From NCBI GenBank assembly GCA_038046765.1, contig JBBSVN010000007.1:32001-96000 (forward strand): 64,000 nt of DNA, read 5' to 3'. Origin of the DNA: Candidatus Micrarchaeota archaeon. Its GTDB lineage: Archaea; Micrarchaeota; Micrarchaeia; Anstonellales; Bilamarchaeaceae. Below are positions 36,804 to 46,748 of the stretch, piece after piece. The notes below the pieces were generated by a model, which ran no database searches, was not told where the DNA came from, and was given only the letters and a program-made list of their open reading frames with translations. Position numbers and translations under genes: made by a program. The number at the start of each line of letters is the position of its first letter. The stretch's first letter is position 1.

Positions 36804-37094
36804 TTATCTGATCAGTTCAAGAGATTTTTTTAGTTGGTCGTAATTTAAGTTGCTTTTTATCCCGTGAGATGTAAATATTTCCATCATTTCTCTTAATGGG
36901 ATGTTGCAAAGTTTCGCTGCTTCTCTAAGACTTATCCTACCTTCTTTGTACAACTGCACTGCATATTCTCTTGTTCCAAGAATTAATAGTTGTCTTAATG
37001 CTGTTGATTCATCTACACTTTCCATTTTTGTACGGAATTTTAATACGTTTACTAAGTCATAAGATAATCTTGTAGTTTTAGATACGTTTTCCAT
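36804..37094 (-). CDS. UPF0175 family antitoxin-like protein
   Basis: STALRQLL..AVQLYKEGRISLREAAKL..I. Confidence 0.85.
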   Translation of the reverse strand: MENVSKTTRLSYDLVNVLKFRTKMESVDESTALRQLLILGTREYAVQLYKEGRISLREAAKLCNIPLREMMEIFTSHGIKSNLNYDQLKKSLELIR

Positions 37095-37095
37095 A

Positions 37096-37587
37096 TTACC
37101 CAACCTCTGAAAGTGCAAGGTCATACTGCTCTGTACTTACATATTCTTTAAGTCTGTTTAGTGCAGTAATCGCATCGTCTCTTTTTATTTTCGCTTTTTT
37201 ATATAAATAAACAATAATATACGCAGGAGGCAGAACTTTGCAACCAAGCGAGCTTAATAAAGTAAAAACTTTTCTGTCATCTGTTGAAACAAAATCGTAC
37301 TCAATACTTTTGGTTAAAGCATACACCCCCATTTCGCCGTTTAATAAACCAAAATGTTTTATTTCGACTTCAGTTTCTTTAGTTAGCTCTACCTTAAGTA
37401 CTTTTATTTTTTCCTGGTTTATATTTTGTTCAATTATTTGGGAATCAGGGTATTCTCTGGCTTGATCTACAGTTTCTATTTTTACTTCTTGTGGTATTAC
37501 AATTTCGTAGTTTTCTACAAGTATCTCTTTAAAATGTGATTTTGTGAGTTTTATTAAACTATCTGCATCCATTATTATCTTTGTCAT
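37096..37587 (-). CDS. PIN domain protein (DUF3368-like toxin)
   Basis: IIMDADSLI, IPQEVKIE, GEMGV, STDD acidic PIN residues. Confidence 0.85.
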   Translation of the reverse strand: MTKIIMDADSLIKLTKSHFKEILVENYEIVIPQEVKIETVDQAREYPDSQIIEQNINQEKIKVLKVELTKETEVEIKHFGLLNGEMGVYALTKSIEYDFVSTDDRKVFTLLSSLGCKVLPPAYIIVYLYKKAKIKRDDAITALNRLKEYVSTEQYDLALSEVG

Positions 37588-37613
37588 ACAATTATTACAG
37601 CGTAATACATTTA

Positions 37614-38969
37614 TTAATATTGTGCTTTAACAATCTGTTCGTATTCATTAACAAGTTGCTGTGCCTTCTCCTGAGTCTTTGCTTCTGCAAAAATCCTTAC
37701 GTAATCTTCTGTTCCGCTTGCCCTGACAATTACCCAGGAATCAGCAAAATCTACGCGAATCCCATCGATTTCATTTATCTTTAGTTTTTTCTTAGTTGCA
37801 TACGCTTTTGCTTTTTTTAGCATAGTTTGTTTTTCATCTGATTTAGCACTTATCTTTATTTTATGATTATAATAAACAGGAACTTGGGCAATCGCTTCAC
37901 TTAATTTTTTTCCGGTTAATGCCATATGTTCAATAATTTTAACTGCTGTAAAAATTCCATCTTTAGCTAAACTAAGTTCTGGCCAGATCACTCCTCCAAC
38001 TTCTTCTCCACCAGATACGCACTTATTTTCTAAAACTGCTTCACAGATGTATGGCGCACCAACTTTTGTATAAATTGTTTTGACACCAAATTTTTCTGCT
38101 ACATCCTGCGTCGCTTTACTTGTGGCAACTGTTGTAACTACGCTCCCTTTTTTCTCCTGTAATTTTATTAAAAATGAAAGTGCAGTTATTTTGTCTCCTA
38201 TTACAAATTCGCCATTTTCATCTACGAGTGTTACTCTATCTCCATCACAATCAAATGCAATTCCAAGGTCGCATTTTGTTGCTTTGACAATGCTAATTAG
38301 TTCCTTTATGTTTTCTTTGGTTGGTTCGCTATCCCGACCAGGAAAAGTACCGTCAATCTGGCTGTTTATGCTTATTATCTGGCATCCAAGTAAGTCTCGT
38401 AAAACATAAGGCGCAATTAAACACATTGTTGCGTTCGCACAATCTACGGCTACTTTATACTTCTTAGATTTTATCTTTTCGATATTTTTTCCTATAAGTT
38501 TTATCATCGCAGTTATATGGTCGCTCGTTGCGTTTTTGTATTTTAAAACTGGTTTTACATTTTTGTAATTTGTATTCTTGTTAGTAAGCATTAGTTTTTC
38601 TATATCTTCTCCTCTTTCTCTTGATACTGAAACTCCGTCTCTATCAACAACTTTAAGTGCATTATACTCTGGAGGAAGATGCGATGCTGTAATTATTATA
38701 AGTCCATCTGCATTTAGTTTTTTTATCATAAATTCGGCAGTTGGTGAAGTTACTACTCCTAAATCAATAACTTCGCAGCCGATGCTAGTTAGTCCTGCTA
38801 AAACTGCATTATTTAAGCGTTCTCCAGTAAGACGCACATCTCGTCCTACAACTATTTTTCCATTGTTAAAATACGTTCCAATTGCAATGGCAGCTTTAAG
38901 TGCAAATTCTTCATTAAGAAAATCGAATTTACCGCGTATTCCGTTTGTTCCAAAATATTTTGCAGTCAT
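37614..38969 (-). CDS. Phosphoglucosamine mutase / phosphomannomutase
   Basis: FGTNGIRG, TASH, DCDGDR, GGEE, VRASGTE. Confidence 0.95.
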   Translation of the reverse strand: MTAKYFGTNGIRGKFDFLNEEFALKAAIAIGTYFNNGKIVVGRDVRLTGERLNNAVLAGLTSIGCEVIDLGVVTSPTAEFMIKKLNADGLIIITASHLPPEYNALKVVDRDGVSVSRERGEDIEKLMLTNKNTNYKNVKPVLKYKNATSDHITAMIKLIGKNIEKIKSKKYKVAVDCANATMCLIAPYVLRDLLGCQIISINSQIDGTFPGRDSEPTKENIKELISIVKATKCDLGIAFDCDGDRVTLVDENGEFVIGDKITALSFLIKLQEKKGSVVTTVATSKATQDVAEKFGVKTIYTKVGAPYICEAVLENKCVSGGEEVGGVIWPELSLAKDGIFTAVKIIEHMALTGKKLSEAIAQVPVYYNHKIKISAKSDEKQTMLKKAKAYATKKKLKINEIDGIRVDFADSWVIVRASGTEDYVRIFAEAKTQEKAQQLVNEYEQIVKAQY

Positions 38970-38990
38970 GAATATCAACTTATTTAATGT

Positions 38991-39911
38991 CTATTGCGGT
39001 TCAAGCATTTCTTTTAATCCTTGTTCAAGATTATACTCTGCTTTAAATTTTAGCAATTCCTTTGCCATATTTACATCCGCGTAAGAATACTTTATATCTC
39101 CTATGCGTTCGTTTTCATTTTTAGGGTTAATATCGCTATGTAATATCTTTTTTATTGTAGAAAAAAGCGTATTTATACTAGTTTGTTTTCCTGTTGCAAT
39201 GTTTAAATTTACATTAGATAGGTTACTTTCCATTGCAAGTATTGTCGCACGGGCTACATCTTTAACATAAATAAAATCCCTTGTTTGGCTCCCATCTCCA
39301 AAAATAATTGGGTTTTTGTCATTTTTAACGCAATCGATGAACTTACTTATTACTCCGGCGTAACTTGAACCTGGGTCTTGTCTTGGCCCATAAATATTAA
39401 AATATCTTAAACATATTGTTGGTAAATTATATTTTGTAGAAAACCAGCTGGCGGTTTGTTCATTCATAAGTTTGCTAATTCCATATGGAGAAATGGGTTT
39501 CGTTTGTTCTGTTTCTTTAATTGGTGGTGTACTATCGCCATAAACTGCGGCGCTACTTGCCAGTACTACTTTTTTTATTTTTTTCTCTGCGCACAAATTA
39601 AGGACGTTTTTAGTTCCTTCAACATTTATTTCATAACATTTTTCAGGATCTTTTATCGAATCAGCTACACTAACAATTGCTGCTTCGTGAATTACGTAAT
39701 CCACTCCAGAAAGTGCTTTTTCAACATCTTCAATAAATGTAATTCCTCCTTCTATAATTTCTATCTTATTTTTTATGTGCCTAATGTTGTCCATTGTTCC
39801 GGTTGAAAAATCATCAAGTATAACTACTTTGTACTCTTTTGAAACTAATTGTTCGCAGATGTGCGAACCTACAAAACCCGCTCCTCCTGTTACTAAAATC
39901 CTTTTGTTCAT
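38991..39911 (-). CDS. NAD-dependent epimerase (GalE/WbpP-like)
   Basis: GGAGFVG, ASSAAVYG, YGISK, RYFNIYGPRQDP..YAGVI. Confidence 0.92.
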   Translation of the reverse strand: MNKRILVTGGAGFVGSHICEQLVSKEYKVVILDDFSTGTMDNIRHIKNKIEIIEGGITFIEDVEKALSGVDYVIHEAAIVSVADSIKDPEKCYEINVEGTKNVLNLCAEKKIKKVVLASSAAVYGDSTPPIKETEQTKPISPYGISKLMNEQTASWFSTKYNLPTICLRYFNIYGPRQDPGSSYAGVISKFIDCVKNDKNPIIFGDGSQTRDFIYVKDVARATILAMESNLSNVNLNIATGKQTSINTLFSTIKKILHSDINPKNENERIGDIKYSYADVNMAKELLKFKAEYNLEQGLKEMLEPQ

Positions 39912-39947
39912 CTAATCATCATCAATAATCTGCTAGCTTTACTTTAT

Positions 39948-41558
39948 CTAGTAGCTAGGTATTTTGTTAATAATTGATATTATTATATCTGGTATCTTTG
40001 CTTTTTTTAACCATTGTGAGAATATCTCAATCTCACTTTTTGTAAATATTGTGAAATACTTTCCTATGAAAATTAATCCTAAGAATAATGTTGCAACTGG
40101 TGCAAACAATACTCCTAATTCCAAGAATTTGGTTGCACCTGCTAAAGGTAGTTTCATTATAACTGAAGAAATTTTATCATATAGCAAAATTTTTATTCCA
40201 AAATTTAATACAAACAGGATTAATCCCATTGCGATTATCTTGTAAATTGTGTTATAAAAGTTAAATTTGAAAAGTTTCTTGCTCTCTATCTGAGTTAGTA
40301 CAAGGCTTACAAAATAAAACCCCAGGTAAGACAATGCTGCTCCTACAATTCCATAAATAGGTATCAAAAGATAATACATTACCAAGGTTATTACTAATGA
40401 AATTCCAGTTATTTTTGTAGCAACATCTGCTTTTTTTATCGAGTAAAAAACATTTCTTTGATGGTAGCCTAGTGTAAATGCAATAAATGCAACTGTGAGG
40501 ATGATTAGTGTCGTACCTCCGTTTGCATATCCTTGTCCATACATAACTGATAATATTTCGGATGGATAGACAAGAAGAAAAACAAATATTGGCAGTGCAA
40601 GCATAAGTGTCCATTTTAGTGCGGTATTAGTTACTGTTACTATTTTTTCATAGTTTTCCTCATTATCTGCATGCATATGTGACACAACCGGTACAAATAT
40701 TGAGCCTATTGAAGAGGAAAACATTTGCACCAATGTTGCAAGCCCTAAAGCTAGAACATATACTGCAATGTCTGCGCTTCCCTGCGAACCAAGGAAATAC
40801 GCTAAAAATATCTTATCAGAATTTCCAAAAACATTGTTTATTAATACACCTGCAAACGAAGCAATTCCAAAAGGTGTTATTTCTTTTCTTAACTCTTTCT
40901 CTTCCACATTTTCATCGCTATTTTGCAATTCTTTGTAGTATTTCCATACGTAATAAACGTGTATTACTGTACCTGCTCCAAAAGAAAGTAAAAAGAGCCA
41001 TGTGAATATTTCTGCTCCCTTACCAAAAATCATTATTACTGGGTAAAGTAATAGTAATCTTGAGAGGGTCTGGATAACCATTGAAATTGCAGCGTCCTTT
41101 GATTTTTTAAAACCCAGGATTGCTGCCTGTGCCATTGTAAATAACGAGTATAATAAAATGTAAAAACTAAGTATTTGTATCAAAGGCGCGATTTGGGGTG
41201 TATTAAAGAAAGTTGCTACTTCTTTACTTAACAAAAAGAAGCCCATTACAAGAATTGCAGACAATAAAATTCCAAAATGAAAAACTAGCCTTATTAGTTT
41301 TTTAACTGTATTATAATTTTTTTTTCCGTAATAACCTGACACGTAAACGGATAGCACATTCGATAATCCCGGGTCAGATAAAATAGTAGCTAAGCTTATT
41401 ATTCCAAATGCAGCGTAAAATTGGCCAATTGTTTCTTTTGCAAATTCCCTTGCTATAAATATTGTAAAAATTAATCCGAGTACTTTTACTGCTGTAAAAG
41501 AAGCAAACTGCCAGAATGTTCCTTTTGCAATTTCCTTGTAACCTTCTTCTTCTTCCAT
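39948..41558 (-). CDS. Flippase (Wzx/MOP family)
   Basis: About 14 TMs, D-K-I-F-L-A..Y segment, PIYGIVGAA motif. Confidence 0.9.
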   Translation of the reverse strand: MEEEEGYKEIAKGTFWQFASFTAVKVLGLIFTIFIAREFAKETIGQFYAAFGIISLATILSDPGLSNVLSVYVSGYYGKKNYNTVKKLIRLVFHFGILLSAILVMGFFLLSKEVATFFNTPQIAPLIQILSFYILLYSLFTMAQAAILGFKKSKDAAISMVIQTLSRLLLLYPVIMIFGKGAEIFTWLFLLSFGAGTVIHVYYVWKYYKELQNSDENVEEKELRKEITPFGIASFAGVLINNVFGNSDKIFLAYFLGSQGSADIAVYVLALGLATLVQMFSSSIGSIFVPVVSHMHADNEENYEKIVTVTNTALKWTLMLALPIFVFLLVYPSEILSVMYGQGYANGGTTLIILTVAFIAFTLGYHQRNVFYSIKKADVATKITGISLVITLVMYYLLIPIYGIVGAALSYLGFYFVSLVLTQIESKKLFKFNFYNTIYKIIAMGLILFVLNFGIKILLYDKISSVIMKLPLAGATKFLELGVLFAPVATLFLGLIFIGKYFTIFTKSEIEIFSQWLKKAKIPDIIISIINKIPSY

Positions 41559-41571
41559 GCCACCACTTTGA

Positions 41572-41694
41572 CTCTGCCTTTTCTAATCTCGTGAACTTTG
41601 TTCACGATCCCTCAAAATGCAAAGCATTTTGAGATAGCAAAAGTAGAGGGTTCTCAAAAACCTTCAGGCATTTTCTAAGAAACCTTTTACTTTT
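41572..41694. repeat. Nested palindromic (REP/MITE-like) intergenic element
   Basis: Perfect hairpins TCGTGAAC-ttt-GTTCACGA (41589-41607) and CTCAAAATGC-aaa-GCATTTTGAG (41611-41633) inside longer imperfect inverted repeats. Confidence 0.7.
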
Positions 41695-41753
41695 CTGTAC
41701 TTTTAAGAAATGATTCTATTGTTAAAAATTATTAGTCCAAAGATTATTAAGTC

Positions 41754-42866
41754 CTACTCATTAGCTTCTTTATAAACTTCCAAAACATCCTTCGCAATTT
41801 TGTCCCAGGAATACTCCTTTGTAAGGTTAGATTTTGCCTGTTTTACAATTTGTATGAATTTCTCTCTGTTTTCTAAAAAATACATTAGTTTCTTTTCTAA
41901 TTCAGTTTCATCTTTAAAGAGGAACAATTCCGCGTTTTTACCATAAATTTTGTTATAAAATACTTCGTAGTCGCCTACCCTTGTTGAAAAAATTGGACGT
42001 TCGCTTGCTACTGCCTCAAGCCAGACTAACGGGAATCCCTCATATTTACTTGGTAAGGCTATCGCGAGTGAATTACAATATTCCTTTACGATTTCTTTGT
42101 ATGGAACTTCTTTGAAAGAAACCGAATCTTGTATGTTTAGTTCCTTAGTTAGTTTAACTAAACCTTCTTTTATTCCCTCATCCTTACCAATTATATTAAG
42201 CTTAATTTCTTCTTCAAATTTTGTACTGAACTTAGCAAATGTGCTTATTAGTAAGTCGATCCCTTTGTATTCATCAAGCCGACCAATGTAAGAAATTGTT
42301 CTGTTATTGTCAAAACTAGGACAATTAAATTTATCTATATCTACTCCACAAGGGATATGTATCAATTTGCTTTTGTCAACTTCCTTTTCAATATCCTTAA
42401 TTGAAACATTTGAAACTACAATTACTTTTTTTGCTATCCTTAGGAAGATGCTTGCGATAAACAAGCGATAGAAACTCTGAAAAACTCCGGAGAATCCATT
42501 TAGTTTTGGGTAGCCGTGGAGTGTAAATACAAACGGTTTTCGTTTTATCCATGCTGCAATGGCTGTGAAAAACGGCATGAGCGAGCCATATCCGTGTGAA
42601 GAAAAAATGTCTGCATCGCTCTTAAGCATCGCTAAAAACATACCTGGTGAGAATCGGACTGATGAGAAAACTGGGGCTGCAAAAGAAAAAAAACGGCGCA
42701 CAGTTATTCCATTAATCTTTTCTTCTTTAGATGTATTTGGCAGTGCTGATGTAAAAACAGTAAGTTCATTGCCCAAAGCACAAAGCTCACTGCTAAGATT
42801 TAACGTATAATTTTCTATTCCGCCTGTTGCGGGCGGAAATAAATGCGTGACTTGAAGGATTTTCAT
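41754..42866 (-). CDS. Glycosyltransferase family 4
   Basis: FPPATGGIE, GRLDEYKG, PSKYEGFPLVWLEA. Confidence 0.92.
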   Translation of the reverse strand: MKILQVTHLFPPATGGIENYTLNLSSELCALGNELTVFTSALPNTSKEEKINGITVRRFFSFAAPVFSSVRFSPGMFLAMLKSDADIFSSHGYGSLMPFFTAIAAWIKRKPFVFTLHGYPKLNGFSGVFQSFYRLFIASIFLRIAKKVIVVSNVSIKDIEKEVDKSKLIHIPCGVDIDKFNCPSFDNNRTISYIGRLDEYKGIDLLISTFAKFSTKFEEEIKLNIIGKDEGIKEGLVKLTKELNIQDSVSFKEVPYKEIVKEYCNSLAIALPSKYEGFPLVWLEAVASERPIFSTRVGDYEVFYNKIYGKNAELFLFKDETELEKKLMYFLENREKFIQIVKQAKSNLTKEYSWDKIAKDVLEVYKEANE

Positions 42867-43020
42867 AAGTAATCTTATCTGAGACCACTTTTAATCCTTT
42901 TGTGGTTTGGTACTGACCACTTTAGGCTACTTATCAATCCGAAATTGATTAATTTAGACTGCTTTAGGTATTTTTTATGTAATCGAATGGTTTTAAATCA
43001 AATCCTCTAATAATATCACT

Positions 43021-44175
43021 ATGCACAACAAAAGAAAAAAATTACGATATGCTCCTGTTCCTTCAGCAGAATTATCCCATCCAAAGAAATGGCGTAAATG
43101 GGCACTTCTAGGTGGAATTGCATTAGGCTTATACATAGCTAGTAAAATAACTCCTGAAGAATCAAAAAACCCTAGAGGTCAGTTAGTCGTCGCAAGAAAA
43201 ATTGGAGAAGAAAAAAAGTTTACAAACATCCATAATATTCTAGATCGGTACTCAATTTCCAATTCCGAAGTTAAAAAAATTATCCAAACTTCAGATTACG
43301 ACATCGTAATTTTATCACAAAATTCCAACGCCCTAAAGAGGATTTCTGCTCAAAACTTAAATGGCGCTAGCCTTGCTTTAATAAAAGAGGGTTCGCAAAT
43401 TCGTTGTTTTTTAGTCGTAAGACCGTTTAGGGATGATGAAATAATTCCAAGGTACGATGTAAATGCCGATAAAATTAAGCAGAATCTAAAAGATTTGCTT
43501 GATAAAACTGCTCGTTCATCTAGTCCTGATGATCGCGCCCTTTTGTTTGAACAAACAATGCAACTTGCAAAGACTCTTTCTTCAAGAGAACCTGATAGGG
43601 AAATTTTAGAATTTATGCTATTGCAGGAATTATTACAAATACGCGTAGATGATGCGCAAAATATCGAACAGAAAAGGAAGAACAATTTTTCAGATACTCT
43701 TTTACACGAGGTAGTTCATGGTGAGTACAGCAGAAACGAACTAATAAATCACCCCGAAAAGTATTCTCTTGGTAATAATGATGTTTTAATTCTAGGTAGT
43801 GCTACTGTTTCTGTTTTAACCATTGAAGATAGTGAAAAACTTGCAAGGCTCGCAACCATTGCCTACGGAGTAAGTCCTATTTCGATGATCCGTGATTTAA
43901 TTTCCAGAAGTTCGTTAGAATTAATTTCCAGTCCTAAACGAGATTCTTATAAACTACTAAAAGATTTATTGTTTGCATTGAATGTTTCAAAAGACCATCT
44001 AGCTCTGCTTGATAAAACTGAGGACGAAATTCGTTTCGCTGCTAAGCAACTACTAGAGAGATTTTCTATAGAAAGGTACGGTACACCTTTTGATCAGGTC
44101 ATTAGCCCTACCCGATTGGAATCAGTTTTGTGGACTGCACGAAATTATTTCGACCAAAACCAGGGGAATTTGTAA
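43021..44175 (+). CDS. Membrane-anchored hypothetical protein with HExxH zincin-like motif
   Basis: Basic N-terminus, TM WALLGGIALGLYIA, TLLHEVVH, downstream SEKLA. Confidence 0.55.
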   Translation: MHNKRKKLRYAPVPSAELSHPKKWRKWALLGGIALGLYIASKITPEESKNPRGQLVVARKIGEEKKFTNIHNILDRYSISNSEVKKIIQTSDYDIVILSQNSNALKRISAQNLNGASLALIKEGSQIRCFLVVRPFRDDEIIPRYDVNADKIKQNLKDLLDKTARSSSPDDRALLFEQTMQLAKTLSSREPDREILEFMLLQELLQIRVDDAQNIEQKRKNNFSDTLLHEVVHGEYSRNELINHPEKYSLGNNDVLILGSATVSVLTIEDSEKLARLATIAYGVSPISMIRDLISRSSLELISSPKRDSYKLLKDLLFALNVSKDHLALLDKTEDEIRFAAKQLLERFSIERYGTPFDQVISPTRLESVLWTARNYFDQNQGNL

Positions 44176-44186
44176 ACCCCATTGAA

Positions 44187-44753
44187 TTAAATTTTAACCT
44201 TTACTTCCTTCTTCTCTTCAAAACTTGCTTTAAAATACTCCTTGTCTTGCATAGATAATCCTCCTGCAATTATTGAATCCGGAATTGAGTGTATTTTCGT
44301 ATTGTATAAAAGCACAGAATTATTGTAAAATTCTCTTCTATCCGCAATCTGGTTTTCTACTCTGCTTAATTCCTGCTGCAAGTGTAAGAAGTTTTCATTA
44401 GCCTGGAGCTTTGGGTAATTTTCTGAAACTGCAAATATACTTTTTAGTGCACTAGTTATCATGTTGTCTGCTGTTGCCCTGCTGCTAAGGTTCCCACTTA
44501 CCAATTGTGTTCTATATTTTGTTATTGTTTCAAGAGTTTCTTTTTCATATTTTTTGTAACCTTTAATCGTTTCTACAAGATTAGGTATAAGGTCATACCT
44601 CTGCTTTAACAAAACATCTATATTTGACCATGCCTTATCGATGTTATTTTTTAGTTCTATTAGTCCGTTGTAGACTGATAAAAAGTAAAAAATCGCCCAA
44701 CTAAATAAAACAATACCAACAAATGCCAGTGTTATTCCTAAAGCAAAAACCAT
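44187..44753 (-). CDS. lemA: LemA family protein
   Basis: YNGL..WSNIDVLLKQRYDLIPNLVE..ENYPKLQAN..RREFYN. Confidence 0.95.
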   Translation of the reverse strand: MVFALGITLAFVGIVLFSWAIFYFLSVYNGLIELKNNIDKAWSNIDVLLKQRYDLIPNLVETIKGYKKYEKETLETITKYRTQLVSGNLSSRATADNMITSALKSIFAVSENYPKLQANENFLHLQQELSRVENQIADRREFYNNSVLLYNTKIHSIPDSIIAGGLSMQDKEYFKASFEEKKEVKVKI

Positions 44754-44762
44754 CGCTATCAC

Positions 44763-45539
44763 CTATATTTTAAACATTGTCAAAAGTAAAAATAAACATA
44801 TAGTTGAAATTATTAAACCTATTACCAAAGATGTCTTGACGCCTGAACCCATCTCTTGTGTTATTTCAGTTTCATGTTTGTCCATTATGTAGAGAATATT
44901 ATCTGGTTTTTCCTTTTTTATAATAATTGAATTTTCAACGGACTCATATGGTGTAGCTGTACCAAGAACATAAATCATTTCATTCTCTGCAATAAAATAC
45001 TCGTAAATCATAACTTCAAGATTTTGATGATCCATAAAACTTTTTTTATCCTTTTCTTTAAGTGTTTCTATATATTCAAGTACAGAGCTTTCTATTTTCT
45101 TATGAGATACTCCAAAAACGCCCTTGCCAGATATGTATCCTTTGTAAACTTTGTCTTCTGGAATTTCAATTTGTGAGCCTGTTGGATCAATTAGAATTTT
45201 ACCTGTTTCATCTTTTATATAAAATTTATCTGTACTTTTTGATGTGTAAAATTCTTTCCAACCACCATATTTACCAGATTTATAATACTGGGCATTTATT
45301 TCCCAATAAACGCATTTTTGTTTTGCAATTGGGCTTAAAACTTGATTAAACATCTTACTTTCGCCATAAACTTCGCTTAGTCCCATTGCAACTGCCTCTA
45401 CCTTCGATGTAGGGGTGTTTTTTATCTTTTGTAAAAGACGATAGTTTAGTAAAGAATTTATTATAAAAGATATGCCTATTAGGAATCCGCTTATCAATAA
45501 TATTAGTGCCTTAACTTCTGAGTTTGTCATGTTTGCCAC
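44763..45539 (-). CDS. GIDE-domain membrane protein
   Basis: TM-NTPTSKV..G..EVYG..FYIKDETGKILIDP..YVLG-TM; adjacent to lemA as is typical. Confidence 0.75.
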   Translation of the reverse strand: MANMTNSEVKALILLISGFLIGISFIINSLLNYRLLQKIKNTPTSKVEAVAMGLSEVYGESKMFNQVLSPIAKQKCVYWEINAQYYKSGKYGGWKEFYTSKSTDKFYIKDETGKILIDPTGSQIEIPEDKVYKGYISGKGVFGVSHKKIESSVLEYIETLKEKDKKSFMDHQNLEVMIYEYFIAENEMIYVLGTATPYESVENSIIIKKEKPDNILYIMDKHETEITQEMGSGVKTSLVIGLIISTICLFLLLTMFKI

Positions 45540-45642
45540 TTAGAAAAACTTACTCGAGATATATTTATAAATTCCAGTCGCGTTATAATATTCTAGTTTT
45601 CATTTAGTTAAAACATATAAAACATATAAGTTAGTGGTTTTC

Positions 45643-46731
45643 ATGTCAAACAATCTTAAAGCAGTCTTAGTTCTGAAAAATGGTTCGATATTTTACGGCA
45701 ATGGATTTGGAGTAGTTGCACAAAAGACGGGCGAGTTAGTTTTCAATACTTCAATGGTTGGTTATCAGGAAGCACTAACCGATCCAAGTTATGCTGGTCA
45801 AATCTTACTTATGACCTATCCTCTAGTTGGCAATTACGGGACTAATGAAACTGATTTTGAAAGCGATAAGGTTCATTTAGAAGGATTTGTTTTAAGAGAA
45901 GATGATGAAGTTACTTATCATAGAAAGACAACAAAAACCTTGGATACATTTCTAAAAGAAAACAACACTCCAGGTATAAGCGGAATTGATACCCGCGCTA
46001 TCGTAAGACAAGTTCGAAGCGAAGGAGTTATGCCAGCTATAATTAAGACATACCAAAGCAACGAGACGGTTGACGTAAAAAAATTAATTGAAGAGCTTAA
46101 TTTTAATTATTCTGCTGTTAATTTTGTTGAAAAAGTTTCGATAAAAGAGCCAAAGGTTTATGGTAAAGAAAGCGACCGGACGGTTGTACTAATTGATTAT
46201 GGCGCGAAACTAAATATTATACGGGAACTAGTTAAGCGGAATCTGAAAGTAATTGTTGTTCCTCATAATACTTCTTTTGAAAAAATCTGCGCTTATACTC
46301 CATTGGGTGTTTTCCTTTCTAATGGCCCAGGAGACCCTAAAATGCTTACTAACGAGCATGCAGTTATAAGAAAACTAATTGAAAATAACTATCCAATTAT
46401 GGGAATTTGTCTTGGTCATCAATTAATCGGGCATGCGCTTGGGGGCACAACTTATAAAATGAAATTTGGGCACCGTGGGAGCAATCAACCTGTACTTGAT
46501 AAAATAAGAAACAAGGTCGTAATGACAACACAAAATCATGGTTATGCCGTTGATAATACGAAAATTCCGGATGATCTTGAGCTTACGCATGTTAACATAA
46601 ACGACGGAACAAATGAGGGTATGCGACACAAATCTAAAAAAGTATTTAGTGTGCAGTATCATCCTGAAGCATGCCCCGGGCCAAATGATTCAAAATATTT
46701 ATTTGACGATTTTGTTAAGAATTTGCTCTAG
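45643..46731 (+). CDS. carA: Carbamoyl-phosphate synthase small subunit
   Basis: GELVFNTSMVGYQE.LTDPSY, SNGPGDP, GICLGHQ, FGHRG.N, QNHG, QYHPEACPGP. Confidence 0.97.
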   Translation: MSNNLKAVLVLKNGSIFYGNGFGVVAQKTGELVFNTSMVGYQEALTDPSYAGQILLMTYPLVGNYGTNETDFESDKVHLEGFVLREDDEVTYHRKTTKTLDTFLKENNTPGISGIDTRAIVRQVRSEGVMPAIIKTYQSNETVDVKKLIEELNFNYSAVNFVEKVSIKEPKVYGKESDRTVVLIDYGAKLNIIRELVKRNLKVIVVPHNTSFEKICAYTPLGVFLSNGPGDPKMLTNEHAVIRKLIENNYPIMGICLGHQLIGHALGGTTYKMKFGHRGSNQPVLDKIRNKVVMTTQNHGYAVDNTKIPDDLELTHVNINDGTNEGMRHKSKKVFSVQYHPEACPGPNDSKYLFDDFVKNLL

Positions 46732-46748
46732 AAAATAATTGTATTTAG

